From an uncultured Legionellales bacterium (GTDB lineage: Bacteria; Pseudomonadota; Gammaproteobacteria; Eutrophobiales; Eutrophobiaceae), in the NCBI GenBank assembly GCA_913041115.1, contig CAJWIE010000003.1, positions 1 through 38,655 of the forward strand: DNA of 38,655 bases. The letters run 5' to 3'. The translations under genes and the position numbers were made by a program. Shown here piece by piece: positions 1 through 15,625 of this stretch. The notes under the pieces are model-generated. The model was not told the origin of the DNA. It was given only the letters and a program-made list of their open reading frames with translations, and did not search any database. The stretch's first letter is position 1. Each line of letters begins with the position of its first letter.

Positions 1-36
1 GATAGTATTGATATCCCTGAATATGAAACTATTTAG
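1..36 (+). CDS. Possible 3' end of an upstream gene (…DSIDIPEYETI*); identity not determinable
   Basis: Frame 1 is open from base 1 to TAG at 34-36. tilS often precedes pyrG in gammaproteobacteria, but 11 codons cannot confirm this. Confidence 0.2.
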   Translation, partial: DSIDIPEYETI

Positions 37-54
37 GATACTTTTTACCCAAAA

Positions 55-76
55 ACTCGACTCCCCAGAGTCGAGT
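55..76. promoter_or_regulatory. Perfect 9-bp stem-loop upstream of pyrG (terminator or leader structure)
   Basis: ACTCGACTC (55-63), loop CCCA, GAGTCGAGT (68-76). An A-run at 51-55 gives a U-tract on the minus strand only. Confidence 0.5.
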
Positions 77-93
77 GAGCTGTTACCCTCTAA

Positions 94-2575
<2,482 letters not shown>

Positions 2576-2601
2576 TTTATTTTGTGCGGGGGGAGTTTTG
2601 A

Positions 2602-3885
<1,284 letters not shown>

Positions 3886-3917
3886 GTATTAAAGTGTTAT
3901 TTTTTTAGGAAATATTA

Positions 3918-4214
3918 ATGAAATTTATTACTGTTATTATGGTGTTGTTGTTACTTTTGTTGCAGTACCGTTTATGGACAGGTAATGGGAGTTTAATTGA
4001 AGTAAGTCTCCTTAGGGAAGAAATAGAAAAGGTAAAATCTGAAAATGAGAGCCTAAAAGAACGTAATCTTTCATTAACAGCAGAAGTTTTTAATCTTAAG
4101 CAAGGGCACGAAGCCATAGAGGAAATTGCTCGTAGTGAAATGGGGATGGTTAAAGATGGTGAGACTTTTTATCAAATTATTGATAGTGCTGAGCAACAAT
4201 TTAATTCAAACTAA
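3918..4214 (+). CDS. ftsB: Cell division protein FtsB
   Basis: N-terminal TM followed by LQYRLW.G.G, coiled coil, EAIEEIARSEMGMVKDGETFY; eno-ftsB-ispD order. Confidence 0.96.
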   Translation: MKFITVIMVLLLLLLQYRLWTGNGSLIEVSLLREEIEKVKSENESLKERNLSLTAEVFNLKQGHEAIEEIARSEMGMVKDGETFYQIIDSAEQQFNSN

Positions 4215-4220
4215 AATAAT

Positions 4221-4922
4221 ATGCCAAAAAGTAATAAGTATTGGGTAGTTATCCCAGCTGCTGGAATTGGTAAACGAATGGGTAGCGATATCCCCAAACA
4301 GTACGTTTCCGTGCGCGGAAAAACAGTTATTGAACATACTATAGATAATTTTATTAGTCGTAAGGAAATTCAAAATATTTGTATCTCAATATCAGAGTCC
4401 GATAATTATTGGTCTACATTACCAATATCAAAAAATAAAAAAATAATAACAACTGTAGGTGGTAATGAACGATATGAATCTGTTTATAATGGTTTACGTG
4501 CTTTACAAGATAAAGCGAATGACGATGATTGGGTACTAGTACACGATGCTGTAAGACCATGCCTTAAAAAATCAATAATAGATCGATTAATTACTGATAT
4601 AAGCTCACACGATGTCGGTGGAATTTTAGCTTTACCTTGTTTTGAAACGATGAAAAGAGTAAATAATAGTAATGAAGTCGAGGAGACAATTAATAGGGAA
4701 ACTATTTGGCGCGCGCAGACACCTCAGGTGTTCAAATATCAAAAACTTCTATTGGCAATTGAAAAGGTAATTAATGAAAATATTTTTATAACCGACGAAG
4801 CAATGGCAATGGAGTTATCAAATCATAAACCCATTGTTATTTTAGGTGATGAGAATAATATTAAAATAACTCATAAAACTGATCTTAAATATTTAGAACT
4901 ATTTCTCGAGAAAACACTATAA
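4221..4922 (+). CDS. ispD: 2-C-methyl-D-erythritol 4-phosphate cytidylyltransferase
   Basis: IPAAGIGKRMG…PKQY, GGNERYESV, VLVHDAVRP, AQTPQ, TDEA, NIKIT. Confidence 0.97.
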   Translation: MPKSNKYWVVIPAAGIGKRMGSDIPKQYVSVRGKTVIEHTIDNFISRKEIQNICISISESDNYWSTLPISKNKKIITTVGGNERYESVYNGLRALQDKANDDDWVLVHDAVRPCLKKSIIDRLITDISSHDVGGILALPCFETMKRVNNSNEVEETINRETIWRAQTPQVFKYQKLLLAIEKVINENIFITDEAMAMELSNHKPIVILGDENNIKITHKTDLKYLELFLEKTL

Positions 4923-4924
4923 AT

Positions 4925-5398
4925 ATGCGAATTGGACATGGATATGATACTCATCGCCTTGTTGAAGGCGGGCCTTTAGTTTTAGGCGGCGTTACTATCT
5001 CTTATTCAAAAGGTTTGGATGGCCATTCGGATGCCGATGTGGTTATACATGCCGTATGCGATGCGTTGCTTGGTGCGATGGGTTTAGGTGATATTGGAGT
5101 ACATTTTCCTAATACTGATATGAAATTAAAAGATATCGATAGTCGCGTTCTATTAAAGCAAATTTTTGATTTGATGAAAGAAAATAAATTTATTATTGGT
5201 AATTTGGATATTACGATTTTAGCGCAAGAGCCAAAGATGGTTGATTATATTCCTATGATGAAAGAAAATTTTGCTAGTGATTTAAGTAGTAACATTTCAC
5301 TTATTAATATTAAGGCAACAACTACTGAAGGTATGGGATTTGTTGGCCGAGGTGAAGGTATCGCAGCACACGCAGTTGTTTTACTAACCTCAGCTTAA
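4925..5398 (+). CDS. ispF: 2-C-methyl-D-erythritol 2,4-cyclodiphosphate synthase
   Basis: MRIGHGYDTH, GHSDADV..HA..DALLGA, GDIG.HFP, KATTTEGMGF.GRGEGIAA. Confidence 0.98.
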   Translation: MRIGHGYDTHRLVEGGPLVLGGVTISYSKGLDGHSDADVVIHAVCDALLGAMGLGDIGVHFPNTDMKLKDIDSRVLLKQIFDLMKENKFIIGNLDITILAQEPKMVDYIPMMKENFASDLSSNISLINIKATTTEGMGFVGRGEGIAAHAVVLLTSA

Positions 5399-5408
5399 AA
5401 AAATATTT

Positions 5409-5951
5409 CTAGTTTTTTTTGAAGTAAACATATACTGCTCCAGTTCCTCCATCACTAGGTTGCGCCGAACAAAACCCCCAGACCATGGAGTGATTTCTTA
5501 ACCACTGGTTTAGTTTGTTTTTAATTACAGGAGAGTTGTTTTTTGATCCATAACCCTTCCCATGAATGATAAGAACACATGATACGGATCGAAGTTTACA
5601 TTCTTCTAGAAACATAGCTAATTCTTTTTTTGCTTCTTTTGCCTGCATTCCATGTAAATCTAATTTATTCTCAAATTTATATTTTCCCTGTCTTAATCGT
5701 TTAAATTTTTTATCGTTTTCACCCGCACTACAGAATCTAATTTCTTCTTTACCACCAACTAATTTTTCATTTAGTTCATTTTCATTTATTTCATAATCAG
5801 AATTAACATAGTTCTCTTCATTCTTTTTTGGATATGGGGACGGCTTAGATTTTTCAGTTATAACATTATTATCTTTAATTGGTTTAGTATTTCCGACTGC
5901 ATCTCGAAATAGTTTTTTGTCTTCATCTGATATTTTTGATGATTTATTCAT
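5409..5951 (-). CDS. Smr/MutS2-family endonuclease (SmrA/SmrB-like)
   Basis: N-terminal D..LFRDAV…PI motif; C-terminal Smr domain LDLHG…IIHGKG…GGTGAVYV. Confidence 0.92.
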   Translation of the reverse strand: MNKSSKISDEDKKLFRDAVGNTKPIKDNNVITEKSKPSPYPKKNEENYVNSDYEINENELNEKLVGGKEEIRFCSAGENDKKFKRLRQGKYKFENKLDLHGMQAKEAKKELAMFLEECKLRSVSCVLIIHGKGYGSKNNSPVIKNKLNQWLRNHSMVWGFCSAQPSDGGTGAVYVYFKKN

Positions 5952-5955
5952 TTTA

Positions 5956-8900
5956 CTAATTTAGCGATTTTCTCGCGTTTGAAAATATTTTTATCCAGGG
6001 GCTGTATTCACTACTCCATTCTTGCGGGAACCAAGAAAACTGTTTAGTTAAAAAGACACGCTCAGGATGAGGCATCATGATGGTAAAGCGCCCGTCTTTA
6101 TTGGCGAATCCAGTTAGCCCATTTTCTGATCCGTTAGGGTTTTGTGGGTATTGTTCGGTAGCATTACCTATATTATCAATGAAACGCATAACTGGGTGTG
6201 ATTGTTCTTTACTAAGTGTTTTTAAGGCACGTCCTTCACCGTGAGCGACAACTATCGGGATTTTGGAACCAACCATATCTTTAAATAATACCGAGGGGGA
6301 ATTCATTATTTCTACCATCACTAGCCTAGCTTCAAATTGCTCTGAATGATTTCTCGCAAAGTCAGGCCATGATGATGCCCCGGGTACTAACTCGCGAAGT
6401 TGAGACATCATCTGACAGCCATTACATACACCGAGACCGATCGTATCCTTGCGATTAAAAAAATCTTCAAACATTTTTCTAAGCATATCATTGTATAAAA
6501 TAGTTTTTGCCCATCCACCACCCGCACCAAGAACATCGCCATAGGAAAAACCACCGCACGCGGCTAATCCATTAAATGAATCGAGTTTTATTTGCTTCTC
6601 AATCAAATCTTGCATGTGAACATCAACACAATCAAATCCAGCGCGATCAAAAGCCGCAGCCATTTCAACTTGTCCATTTATTCCTTGTTCTCTAAGTATG
6701 GCAATTTTTGGTCTGACACCCTTATTTATTAAAAGCGTATTTTCTTCTAGTTTAAAAGTTGTGTTCACAAAAATTCCCGGATCATTTTTATTAGTAATAC
6801 TTTCATATTCCTGTTTAGCGCATTCAGGGTTATCTCTCAGCACCTGTAATTGGTAACTTGTGTCTGACCATTTCCCGTGTAATTTTTCTATTTCAGTATT
6901 AAACACATCTTTACCATTAAATTTAAGTTTGAATTTATAATTTTTGTTAGTTGTTCCTATATTATGAATTATTTCTTCATTTAATCCTGATTGCGTAAAT
7001 ACTTCTTTTATACTTTTTTCATTATTCTTATTGACCTGTATCACCACTCCTAACTCTTCATTAAATAAATTTTCGATTAAATCTCCTGATAAATTAAGAT
7101 TAATATCTATACCAGTATGCCCTGCAAATGCCATTTCACATAAAGTCACAAAGAGACCGCCATCTGAGCGGTCATGATAAGCATTTATTAGGCCCGATTC
7201 GTTTAAGATTTGTATTGATTGGAAGAATGCAGTCAATATTTTTGCATTTTCTAAATCTGGAGTTTCGCTACTAGCCTCATTGTACACTTGGCATAATGCC
7301 GACCCACCAAGTCGTTTTTTTTCATTTGCCAGATCAATAAATAATAATATTGATTCTTGATCTTTTATTAATTGTGGGGTTAATGATTGTCTAACGTCAA
7401 TAACTCTTGAAAACGCTGATATATTTAGTGATATTGGCGCAATTACTTTTTTTTGTTCTTCACCATCTGACCACATCGTACTCATTGATAGCGAGTCTTT
7501 TCCAACTGGAATACAAATACCTAATTCTTTACATAACCGACTAATTGCAGACACGGCGGCATATAATTTTGCATCTTCACCTGGTTCACCACATGCTGCC
7601 ATCCAGTTTGCAGATAAACTAATATCTTCAATTTTCAGAATTCGTGCCGCGGCTATATTTAAGATAGCTTCTGATAATGCCATTCGACAAGAGGCAGGAG
7701 CATCTATCAGTGCAATAGGACTGCGCTCACCAATTGCCATAGCTTCGCCAATGTAGTCATAGTACGACGAACTAGTAATAGCACAATCTGAAACAGGTAC
7801 CTGCCAAGGACCCACCATTTGGTCACGGACAACTAGACCAGAGATGGAACGATCACCAATAGTTATTAAGAAACTCTTACTAGCAACAGCTGGCAATTTT
7901 AGAATACGATCAATTATTTTTTCAATTTCTAAGGAGGATGTTTGAATTTTTTTGTTTTTATTTGTTTGACTAGTAACATTCTTTGTATTTTTTGGTATTT
8001 CTCCTAATAATATAGACATCGGGATGTCAATTGCTCGATTATTAAAAAAAGAATCATCTAAAATTAAACGTTTTCTTTCAGTACTAAAACCCAAAATTGC
8101 AAAAGGTGCTCGTTCTCGCCTGCAAAGTTTTTCAAACTGAGTAATTTTTTCACTAGCAATTGCTAACACATATCGTTCTTGTGATTCATTACACCAGATC
8201 CCCATTGGAGACATACTTAATTCGTCGTTAGGTATTTCGCGAAGTTCTAATTTAGCTCCACGGCTACTCGCGCTTACCAGCTCTGGCAAAGCATTCGAAA
8301 GACCTCCCGCACCAACATCGTGAATACTAAGAATTGGATTATCATTTCCAAATGACCAGCATCCATCAATTACTTCTTGGCAACGCCGTTGCATTTCTGC
8401 GTTATCTCGTTGAACTGAGGCAAAATCAAGCGAAGCATCACTTTTTCCTGAAGCCATAGATGAAGCAGCTCCACCACCAAGACCAATCAGCATGGCGGGT
8501 CCTCCCAACACAACTAGTTTTACATTGCTTGGTATGTTTCGTTTTGCTATATGGGATTCTCGAATCATGCCATATCCACCGGCAAGCATAATAGGTTTGT
8601 GGTATCCATAGATAAGAGAACTTGATTTTTGTTGTTGTTCATAAGTACGGAAATAACCACAAAGAGCAGGGCGCCCAAATTCATTGTTGTAAGATGCAGC
8701 ACCAATCGGTCCCTCAATCATTATATCTAATGCAGAAACGATACGGTCGGGTTTCCCGTTATCTTTTTCCCATGGTTGTTTGTAGCCTGGAATATTTAAA
8801 TTTGAAACTGTAAAACCAGTTAAACCTGCTTTTGGTTTACCACCTCGCCCTGTGGCTGCTTCATCTCGTATTTCTCCTCCTGAACCAGTAGCGGCTCCCG

Positions 8901-9819
8901 AATAGGGTGAAATTGCGGTAGGGTGATTATGCGTTTCCACCTTCATTAATATATGGATATCCTCGTCTTTATAGTTATATTTATGTTTCTTTGGATCTAC
9001 AAAAAATCTTTGACCAGAAAACCCATTCATCACTGCAGCATTGTCATGATAAGCAGATAGTATGTTTCCAGGATTTTCTTTATATGTTTGACGTATCATG
9101 GAAAACAGGGAGTTTTCTTTTTTTATATCATCAATTATCCATTCGGTGTTAAATATTTTGTGTCGACAATGTTCTGAGTTGGCCTGAGCAAACATCATTA
9201 GTTCAATATCAGTTGGATTTCTTTTTAATTTATTGAAAGCTGAAAATAAAAAATTTATTTCATCCTCTGATAAGGCTAGCCCCATATTTAGGTTTGCCTT
9301 TTCTAGTTCATCGATACCTTTATCTAAAATATTTATTACCTCTAGAGGAGTGGGTTTAGTAGTTTTAAACAATTTTTCGGCTTCATTTTCATTTTCAATA
9401 ATAATTTCTGTCATCCGATCATGAATCATGGGGCTTATTTTCTTAATTTTATCCCTCGTTAATATTTCTCCATTGGCTATTTCGAATAGATAAATTACTC
9501 CTCTCTCAATACGCGTTATTTTATTTAACCCAGAATTATGGATTATATCGCTTGCTTTACTTGACCATGGGGAAATTGTTCCAAGTCTCGGAATGACTAT
9601 CAATGGGTTATTTTTCTCAAAAGAATCACAAGTTTGACCGTAATTTAATAGTTCATCTAGTTGCGCCCGTTCTTTTTTGTTTAAGGCTTTATTTTCATTA
9701 ACAAAATGGATAAAGCGTGTCTGGATTGAAATTATTTCAGGTGTGTAGGTTTGTACTGTCGAGAGTAATTTATTAATTCGAAATTTAGATAGTGCATTAC
9801 AGCCTTGCAGTATCAGCAT
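5956..9819 (-). CDS. purL: Phosphoribosylformylglycinamidine synthase (large single-chain PurL)
   Basis: [53 protein letters not shown], glutaminase GVCNGCQ and MMPHPER; 1287 aa. Confidence 0.99.
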   Translation of the reverse strand: MLILQGCNALSKFRINKLLSTVQTYTPEIISIQTRFIHFVNENKALNKKERAQLDELLNYGQTCDSFEKNNPLIVIPRLGTISPWSSKASDIIHNSGLNKITRIERGVIYLFEIANGEILTRDKIKKISPMIHDRMTEIIIENENEAEKLFKTTKPTPLEVINILDKGIDELEKANLNMGLALSEDEINFLFSAFNKLKRNPTDIELMMFAQANSEHCRHKIFNTEWIIDDIKKENSLFSMIRQTYKENPGNILSAYHDNAAVMNGFSGQRFFVDPKKHKYNYKDEDIHILMKVETHNHPTAISPYSGAATGSGGEIRDEAATGRGGKPKAGLTGFTVSNLNIPGYKQPWEKDNGKPDRIVSALDIMIEGPIGAASYNNEFGRPALCGYFRTYEQQQKSSSLIYGYHKPIMLAGGYGMIRESHIAKRNIPSNVKLVVLGGPAMLIGLGGGAASSMASGKSDASLDFASVQRDNAEMQRRCQEVIDGCWSFGNDNPILSIHDVGAGGLSNALPELVSASSRGAKLELREIPNDELSMSPMGIWCNESQERYVLAIASEKITQFEKLCRRERAPFAILGFSTERKRLILDDSFFNNRAIDIPMSILLGEIPKNTKNVTSQTNKNKKIQTSSLEIEKIIDRILKLPAVASKSFLITIGDRSISGLVVRDQMVGPWQVPVSDCAITSSSYYDYIGEAMAIGERSPIALIDAPASCRMALSEAILNIAAARILKIEDISLSANWMAACGEPGEDAKLYAAVSAISRLCKELGICIPVGKDSLSMSTMWSDGEEQKKVIAPISLNISAFSRVIDVRQSLTPQLIKDQESILLFIDLANEKKRLGGSALCQVYNEASSETPDLENAKILTAFFQSIQILNESGLINAYHDRSDGGLFVTLCEMAFAGHTGIDINLNLSGDLIENLFNEELGVVIQVNKNNEKSIKEVFTQSGLNEEIIHNIGTTNKNYKFKLKFNGKDVFNTEIEKLHGKWSDTSYQLQVLRDNPECAKQEYESITNKNDPGIFVNTTFKLEENTLLINKGVRPKIAILREQGINGQVEMAAAFDRAGFDCVDVHMQDLIEKQIKLDSFNGLAACGGFSYGDVLGAGGGWAKTILYNDMLRKMFEDFFNRKDTIGLGVCNGCQMMSQLRELVPGASSWPDFARNHSEQFEARLVMVEIMNSPSVLFKDMVGSKIPIVVAHGEGRALKTLSKEQSHPVMRFIDNIGNATEQYPQNPNGSENGLTGFANKDGRFTIMMPHPERVFLTKQFSWFPQEWSSEYSPWIKIFSNARKSLN

Positions 9820-9895
9820 TAATTTTTTCTTTTATTGAATGAAGGAAGATACATAATATTATCAGTTCTTTCAGTCTCACGCGAAAACTATTTTT

Positions 9896-10759
9896 CTATT
9901 TAACTTCCTCTACTTTTACGAAAATACTGCTTTTTTCATCGCTGTATTGTTTCTTATTAATGAGGTTTCTTTTGTCTGATGCATTAAGGCTTTGGTTTAT
10001 GCCGCCTATAGGTATCCACTCACCAAGTTTACCGTGTACAGTAGTGTTAATATTTTGTACATTTATAATGTTTTTTTCTTTTTGATTAACTTGTGCGAAG
10101 TGGGGCGAAATTGCAAGAACTACATTGTCGCCTTGTAATTTTGGCGTGACATAAAAACCCGAACTAACATTATGATGTTCAATATTTTCCTTAACAACAG
10201 TCGCTCCTGATGTAACAACAGTCGTTTGACTCCTAACGGGTATCAACTGCCCTGTATTAATAAAAGCTGGATTTCCCTCAAGTGTATTAACATAAAAAAT
10301 ATTACCCTCTCGCTCCTGGGATTCTTCATATGATTTCCTATATCGAATTACGTCTCCCTTACTATTTTTATTTTGCACAATAATGCCTTTTTCGCCTGTA
10401 TCTGGCGACTCAATTTGAATATTTTTTGAATCATATTTTATTGAGAACCCACCTTCTTCAGCATTAAATTTATTATTATGGTCTCTTTTTACACTAATTA
10501 GTAATTTACGAGGGGCATTATCTATTTGTTCAAGAATAGATTTAATTAGCTCAATGTTTGATGGTGTTGTTTTTACTATCAATTGATTATTCATTCCAGT
10601 TACGGTGCCTCCCTTTATAACGAGCGGTTTAATAATCGGAATAACCTCTTCTACCATGCGGTTTTTCATGGGAATAATTTCGATTTTCATTGATTCTGCG
10701 ACAGATGTAGTAGTACATATCGCAAAAACTAAAAAGATTATGATTATTTTTTTGTTCAT
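9896..10759 (-). CDS. Exported protein with NolW/N3-like domain and abbreviated secretin-like beta-barrel domain
   Basis: Signal peptide (MNKK + hydrophobic stretch + SVA). N3-like segment IIPMKNR.VEEVIPIIKPL…NQLIVKTTPSNIELIKSILEQIDNAPRKLLISV. Secretin-like motifs EGNPAFINTGQLIPV, SGFYVTPKL, INTTVHGKLGEWIPIGG. Confidence 0.7.
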   Translation of the reverse strand: MNKKIIIIFLVFAICTTTSVAESMKIEIIPMKNRMVEEVIPIIKPLVIKGGTVTGMNNQLIVKTTPSNIELIKSILEQIDNAPRKLLISVKRDHNNKFNAEEGGFSIKYDSKNIQIESPDTGEKGIIVQNKNSKGDVIRYRKSYEESQEREGNIFYVNTLEGNPAFINTGQLIPVRSQTTVVTSGATVVKENIEHHNVSSGFYVTPKLQGDNVVLAISPHFAQVNQKEKNIINVQNINTTVHGKLGEWIPIGGINQSLNASDKRNLINKKQYSDEKSSIFVKVEEVK

Positions 10760-11271
10760 ATGTGCATGCGACGTAAATTCTTATCAATTAAAGCTGTTTC
10801 CCACATCTCTTGAAATATGTCTAACAAGTTTCTACATTCTCGCGGACTATTAAAATTAATTCTACCCTCATAACGGTTTGCATTCTCACGATAAAGATAA
10901 CCAACCTCATCTGCAATAAGCATTGCCTTATTATAATTTTTATCTTCTGGTGAAATTTTACGTAGTTCAATGAAACTCGGTAATTTTGAAGATAAATCTA
11001 AAAGTCTGTGATCTGCATTAAGAATAGATTCAACATCAGATACGAGTATGCGAATTTGTGCTCGACGCCCATTAAGCGCCAAATTTTTTAGTGCTTTTAG
11101 AGAATCTGATTGATTATAAATTGAGGGTTCAAGATCCTTAGAAATAATAGTGAGTTTTCGCGATGATTGTTTTATAAGCTCTAACACGGCATCGTAAGCT
11201 TCCTGTCGTGTTTCTACAGGCGATACTTCATCAAGGGATTTGCCTAATCTAAGTTCATTAAGACTATGCAT
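10756..11271 (-). CDS. Conserved hypothetical protein, phospholipase D/TrmB-like fold without intact HKD motif
   Basis: Pattern LIKQSSRKLTIIS…IRILV.D…IELR…AMLIADEVG…FQEMWE resembles single PLD-like domains. ATGA 4-nt overlap with the downstream gene. Confidence 0.55.
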   Translation of the reverse strand: MHSLNELRLGKSLDEVSPVETRQEAYDAVLELIKQSSRKLTIISKDLEPSIYNQSDSLKALKNLALNGRRAQIRILVSDVESILNADHRLLDLSSKLPSFIELRKISPEDKNYNKAMLIADEVGYLYRENANRYEGRINFNSPRECRNLLDIFQEMWETALIDKNLRRMHI

Positions 11272-11294
11272 ATTTATTATTTCTGGATTATCGA

Positions 11295-12701
<1,407 letters not shown>

Positions 12702-12745
12702 TTATACATGTATTAAGACAGATAAAATCACCCAAAGTTCTTTTT

Positions 12746-13786
12746 TTATGGAGAAGGATTTGGAATTTTTTCATGTATAGATTCGATTTCTTTTATGATT
12801 TCTTTTGATAGCTCAACATTGATACTTTCAATAGCGCTTTTTAGTTGCTCCATCGACGTTGCACCAATTATATTACTGGTTAAGAATGGCCGACTAGAAA
12901 CATAAGATAGCGCCATTTGCGACGGGTCTAAACTATTTTTTTTAGCAAGATTGACATACGATTCTGTTGCTTCTATTGCTTTTGGATTGAGATAGCGGGT
13001 AAAGTGTTCAAACAATGTTAGGCGCGCACCCTCAGGCTTTTTATTATTTAGATACTTACCACTTAGCGAGCCAAATGCAAGAGGAGAATAGGCAAGTAAA
13101 CCAACTTGTTCGCGATGGGAAAATTCTGAAATACCAATTTCAAAAGTACGATTTAATAGATTATAAGGATTTTGAATACTAACTATTCTAGGTAATCCTT
13201 CTTCTCTTGAAACACGTAAGTACTCAGCACAACCCCAAGGAGTTTCATTAGAAATACCAACTGTTCTAATTTTTCCTTGTTTAACAAGCTCGTCAAGCAC
13301 TGATAAGGTTTCTGCTATCGATACTCCATTTTTTTCTGGAGCATGAAAATAAGCTAATTTTCCAAAAAAATTGGTTTCACGATCGGGCCAATGCATTTGA
13401 TAAAGATCAATGTAGTCTGTTTTAAGGCGTTTCAGCGAATCATCTAAGGCTTGTTCAATGTTTTTTTTATCAAGCTTTAACTGACCATCACGAATATATG
13501 GTAACCATTCAGCTTTAGCGGCGACTTTTGTTGCAAGTATGATTTTGTCACGATCTTTTCTTTTGCTTAGCCAGTTACCGATATAGGATTCGGTTAGTCC
13601 GTAAGTTTCCTTACGGGGTGGAACGGGGTACATTTCTGCAACATCAATAAAGTTAACGCCAGACTCTATTGCATAATCTAATTGTTCATGAGCTTCATCC
13701 TCGGTATTTTGTTCACCCCAAGTCATAGTTCCTAAGCAAATTTGACTAACTTTAATATCTGTTTGACCCAGATTATTGTATTTCAT
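12746..13786 (-). CDS. tas: NADP(H)-dependent aldo-keto reductase Tas
   Basis: CLGTMTWGEQN, DVAEMYPVPP, SLKRLKTDYIDLYQ.HWP.R, SNETPWG, SIQNPYNLLNR, C-terminal PNPSP; 346 aa. Confidence 0.92.
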   Translation of the reverse strand: MKYNNLGQTDIKVSQICLGTMTWGEQNTEDEAHEQLDYAIESGVNFIDVAEMYPVPPRKETYGLTESYIGNWLSKRKDRDKIILATKVAAKAEWLPYIRDGQLKLDKKNIEQALDDSLKRLKTDYIDLYQMHWPDRETNFFGKLAYFHAPEKNGVSIAETLSVLDELVKQGKIRTVGISNETPWGCAEYLRVSREEGLPRIVSIQNPYNLLNRTFEIGISEFSHREQVGLLAYSPLAFGSLSGKYLNNKKPEGARLTLFEHFTRYLNPKAIEATESYVNLAKKNSLDPSQMALSYVSSRPFLTSNIIGATSMEQLKSAIESINVELSKEIIKEIESIHEKIPNPSP

Positions 13787-13913
13787 AGCGTCTTTCCTTT
13801 TAATTATGTTGTTGGTCTCATTGGTATATTCTAAATAAAAAACATAGTCGCGGACAAATAACTACGCATATGATACCTTTTATTTAAGAACATTTAATGA
13901 TATCTCTTAATTT

Positions 13914-14948
13914 ATGCAGACATTAACCATTTCAAAACCCGATGACTTTCATCTACATCTTCGTGATGGAGCAGCCATGGCAAACATCATTAATTATAGT
14001 GCGGCCCAATTTTCTAGAGCAATTGTAATGCCAAATCTGAATCCACCAATTACGACTGTTGATATGGCAATGTCCTACTACAATCGTATTCTAAATAGCG
14101 TCAACAAAAAATATAATTTTGAGCCGTTAATGACATTATATTTAACCGACAATACAAGACCTAGTGAAATAGATATTGTTGTACAAACTGAACCAATTAA
14201 GGCTTTAAAGTACTATCCAGTAGGCACAACAACAAATTCTGATTATGGCGTCACTGATATTAAAAAGGTTTATTTGGTTTTGGAATCAATGATGAAAAAT
14301 CAATTACCCTTACTGATTCATGGCGAGGTTAGCGATACTGATGTTAATGTTTTTGATAGAGAAAAAGTATTTATTGAAAAGGTGTTATCGCCTTTAGTTG
14401 ACGATTTTTGTGAACTAAAGATAGTGTTTGAACATATTAGCACTAAAGCGGCAGTCGATTTCGTTTTAAATGCAAACAGTAATATAGCCGCAACGATTAC
14501 TCCACAACATATACTTTTAAATCGTGACGATTTATTCAACGAGTCGTTTCAACCCCATAATTATTGCTTACCTGTCCTAAAAGAAGAGCATGACCGTTTG
14601 GCGGTTTTAGGTGCTGCTACTAGCGGGAATCCCAAATTTTTTCTAGGAACAGATAGTGCACCACATGGGCGAACAAAAAAAGAAAGTGGTTGTGGATGTG
14701 CGGGTATCTTTTCTGCATATAATGCTTTAGGGGATTATGCTGAAATTTTTGAGAAGCAAAATAAGTTGGACAAGCTAGAACCATTTACAAGTTTTCACGG
14801 CGCAGATTTCTACGGACTTAAACGTAATGACGAAAAGATTACCCTTACTAAAAAAGAAAAAAAGATTCCAGAGGAGTTACCTTTCGATAATGATAAATTA
14901 GTTCCTTTTCGTGCAGGTGGGAATTGTGCCTGGCAAGCAAAACGTTAA
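13914..14948 (+). CDS. pyrC: Dihydroorotase (type II, homodimeric)
   Basis: PDDFHLHLRDG, AIVMPNL, K.YP.G.TTNS, HGEV, EHI, FLGTDSAPH. Confidence 0.97.
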   Translation: MQTLTISKPDDFHLHLRDGAAMANIINYSAAQFSRAIVMPNLNPPITTVDMAMSYYNRILNSVNKKYNFEPLMTLYLTDNTRPSEIDIVVQTEPIKALKYYPVGTTTNSDYGVTDIKKVYLVLESMMKNQLPLLIHGEVSDTDVNVFDREKVFIEKVLSPLVDDFCELKIVFEHISTKAAVDFVLNANSNIAATITPQHILLNRDDLFNESFQPHNYCLPVLKEEHDRLAVLGAATSGNPKFFLGTDSAPHGRTKKESGCGCAGIFSAYNALGDYAEIFEKQNKLDKLEPFTSFHGADFYGLKRNDEKITLTKKEKKIPEELPFDNDKLVPFRAGGNCAWQAKR

Positions 14949-14953
14949 CTAAG

Positions 14954-15580
14954 ATGAGTGAAATAGAGACAGTCATTGCCAAACGATTTCGTGGTTTTTT
15001 CCCTGTTATTATTGATGTTGAAACAGCAGGTTTTAATCCGCAAAAAGATGCTTTGTTGGAAATCGCTGCTGTAACGCTAGCACTGAATGATAAAAATTAT
15101 TGGTGTATTGATGAAGTTATGTCCAAACATGTTAAGCCATTTGAAGGTGCTAATCTTGAAATAGCATCCTTAGAATTTACAGGTATCGACCCAGATCATC
15201 CTTTTCGTAAACAGATTGCGGTTAGCGAGAGCGAAGCCTTGAATGAAATTTTTCGAGTAGTACGAAAAAAAATAAAAGATAATAAATGTACTAGAGCAGT
15301 CCTCGTAGGGCATAACTCTTCATTTGATCTAAGTTTTTTGAATGCCTGTGTTGAGAGAAATGATATTAAACGCAATCCTTTCCATCCATTTAGCACCTTT
15401 GATACTGTAACACTAGCAGGCCTGGTTTACGGGCAAACAGTACTATCACGTGCAGCCATTGCAGCAGGTTTACAATGGGACGAAAAAGAAGCACATTCAG
15501 CGCGTTATGATGCAGAACAGACTGCGCTATTATTTTGCGAGATTATTAATAAATGCAATGAATATTTAGATATTCCATAA
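14954..15580 (+). CDS. rnt: Ribonuclease T
   Basis: RFRGFFPVIIDVETAGFN, LVGHN..FD, KRNPFHPFS.FDT, HSARYDAE (DEDDh). Start set at ATG 14954. pyrC-rnt adjacency. Confidence 0.96.
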   Translation: MSEIETVIAKRFRGFFPVIIDVETAGFNPQKDALLEIAAVTLALNDKNYWCIDEVMSKHVKPFEGANLEIASLEFTGIDPDHPFRKQIAVSESEALNEIFRVVRKKIKDNKCTRAVLVGHNSSFDLSFLNACVERNDIKRNPFHPFSTFDTVTLAGLVYGQTVLSRAAIAAGLQWDEKEAHSARYDAEQTALLFCEIINKCNEYLDIP

Positions 15581-15625
15581 TAATAAAAAGAAGTAATTAA
15601 TATCACAGTAGAGGAAAATTAGAAA

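Noticed and set aside
14924-14953. Upstream in-frame starts for rnt (14924), and similarly for purB (12677) and glyA (36997)
   Set aside because: Downstream ATGs fit family N-termini or RBS placement better.
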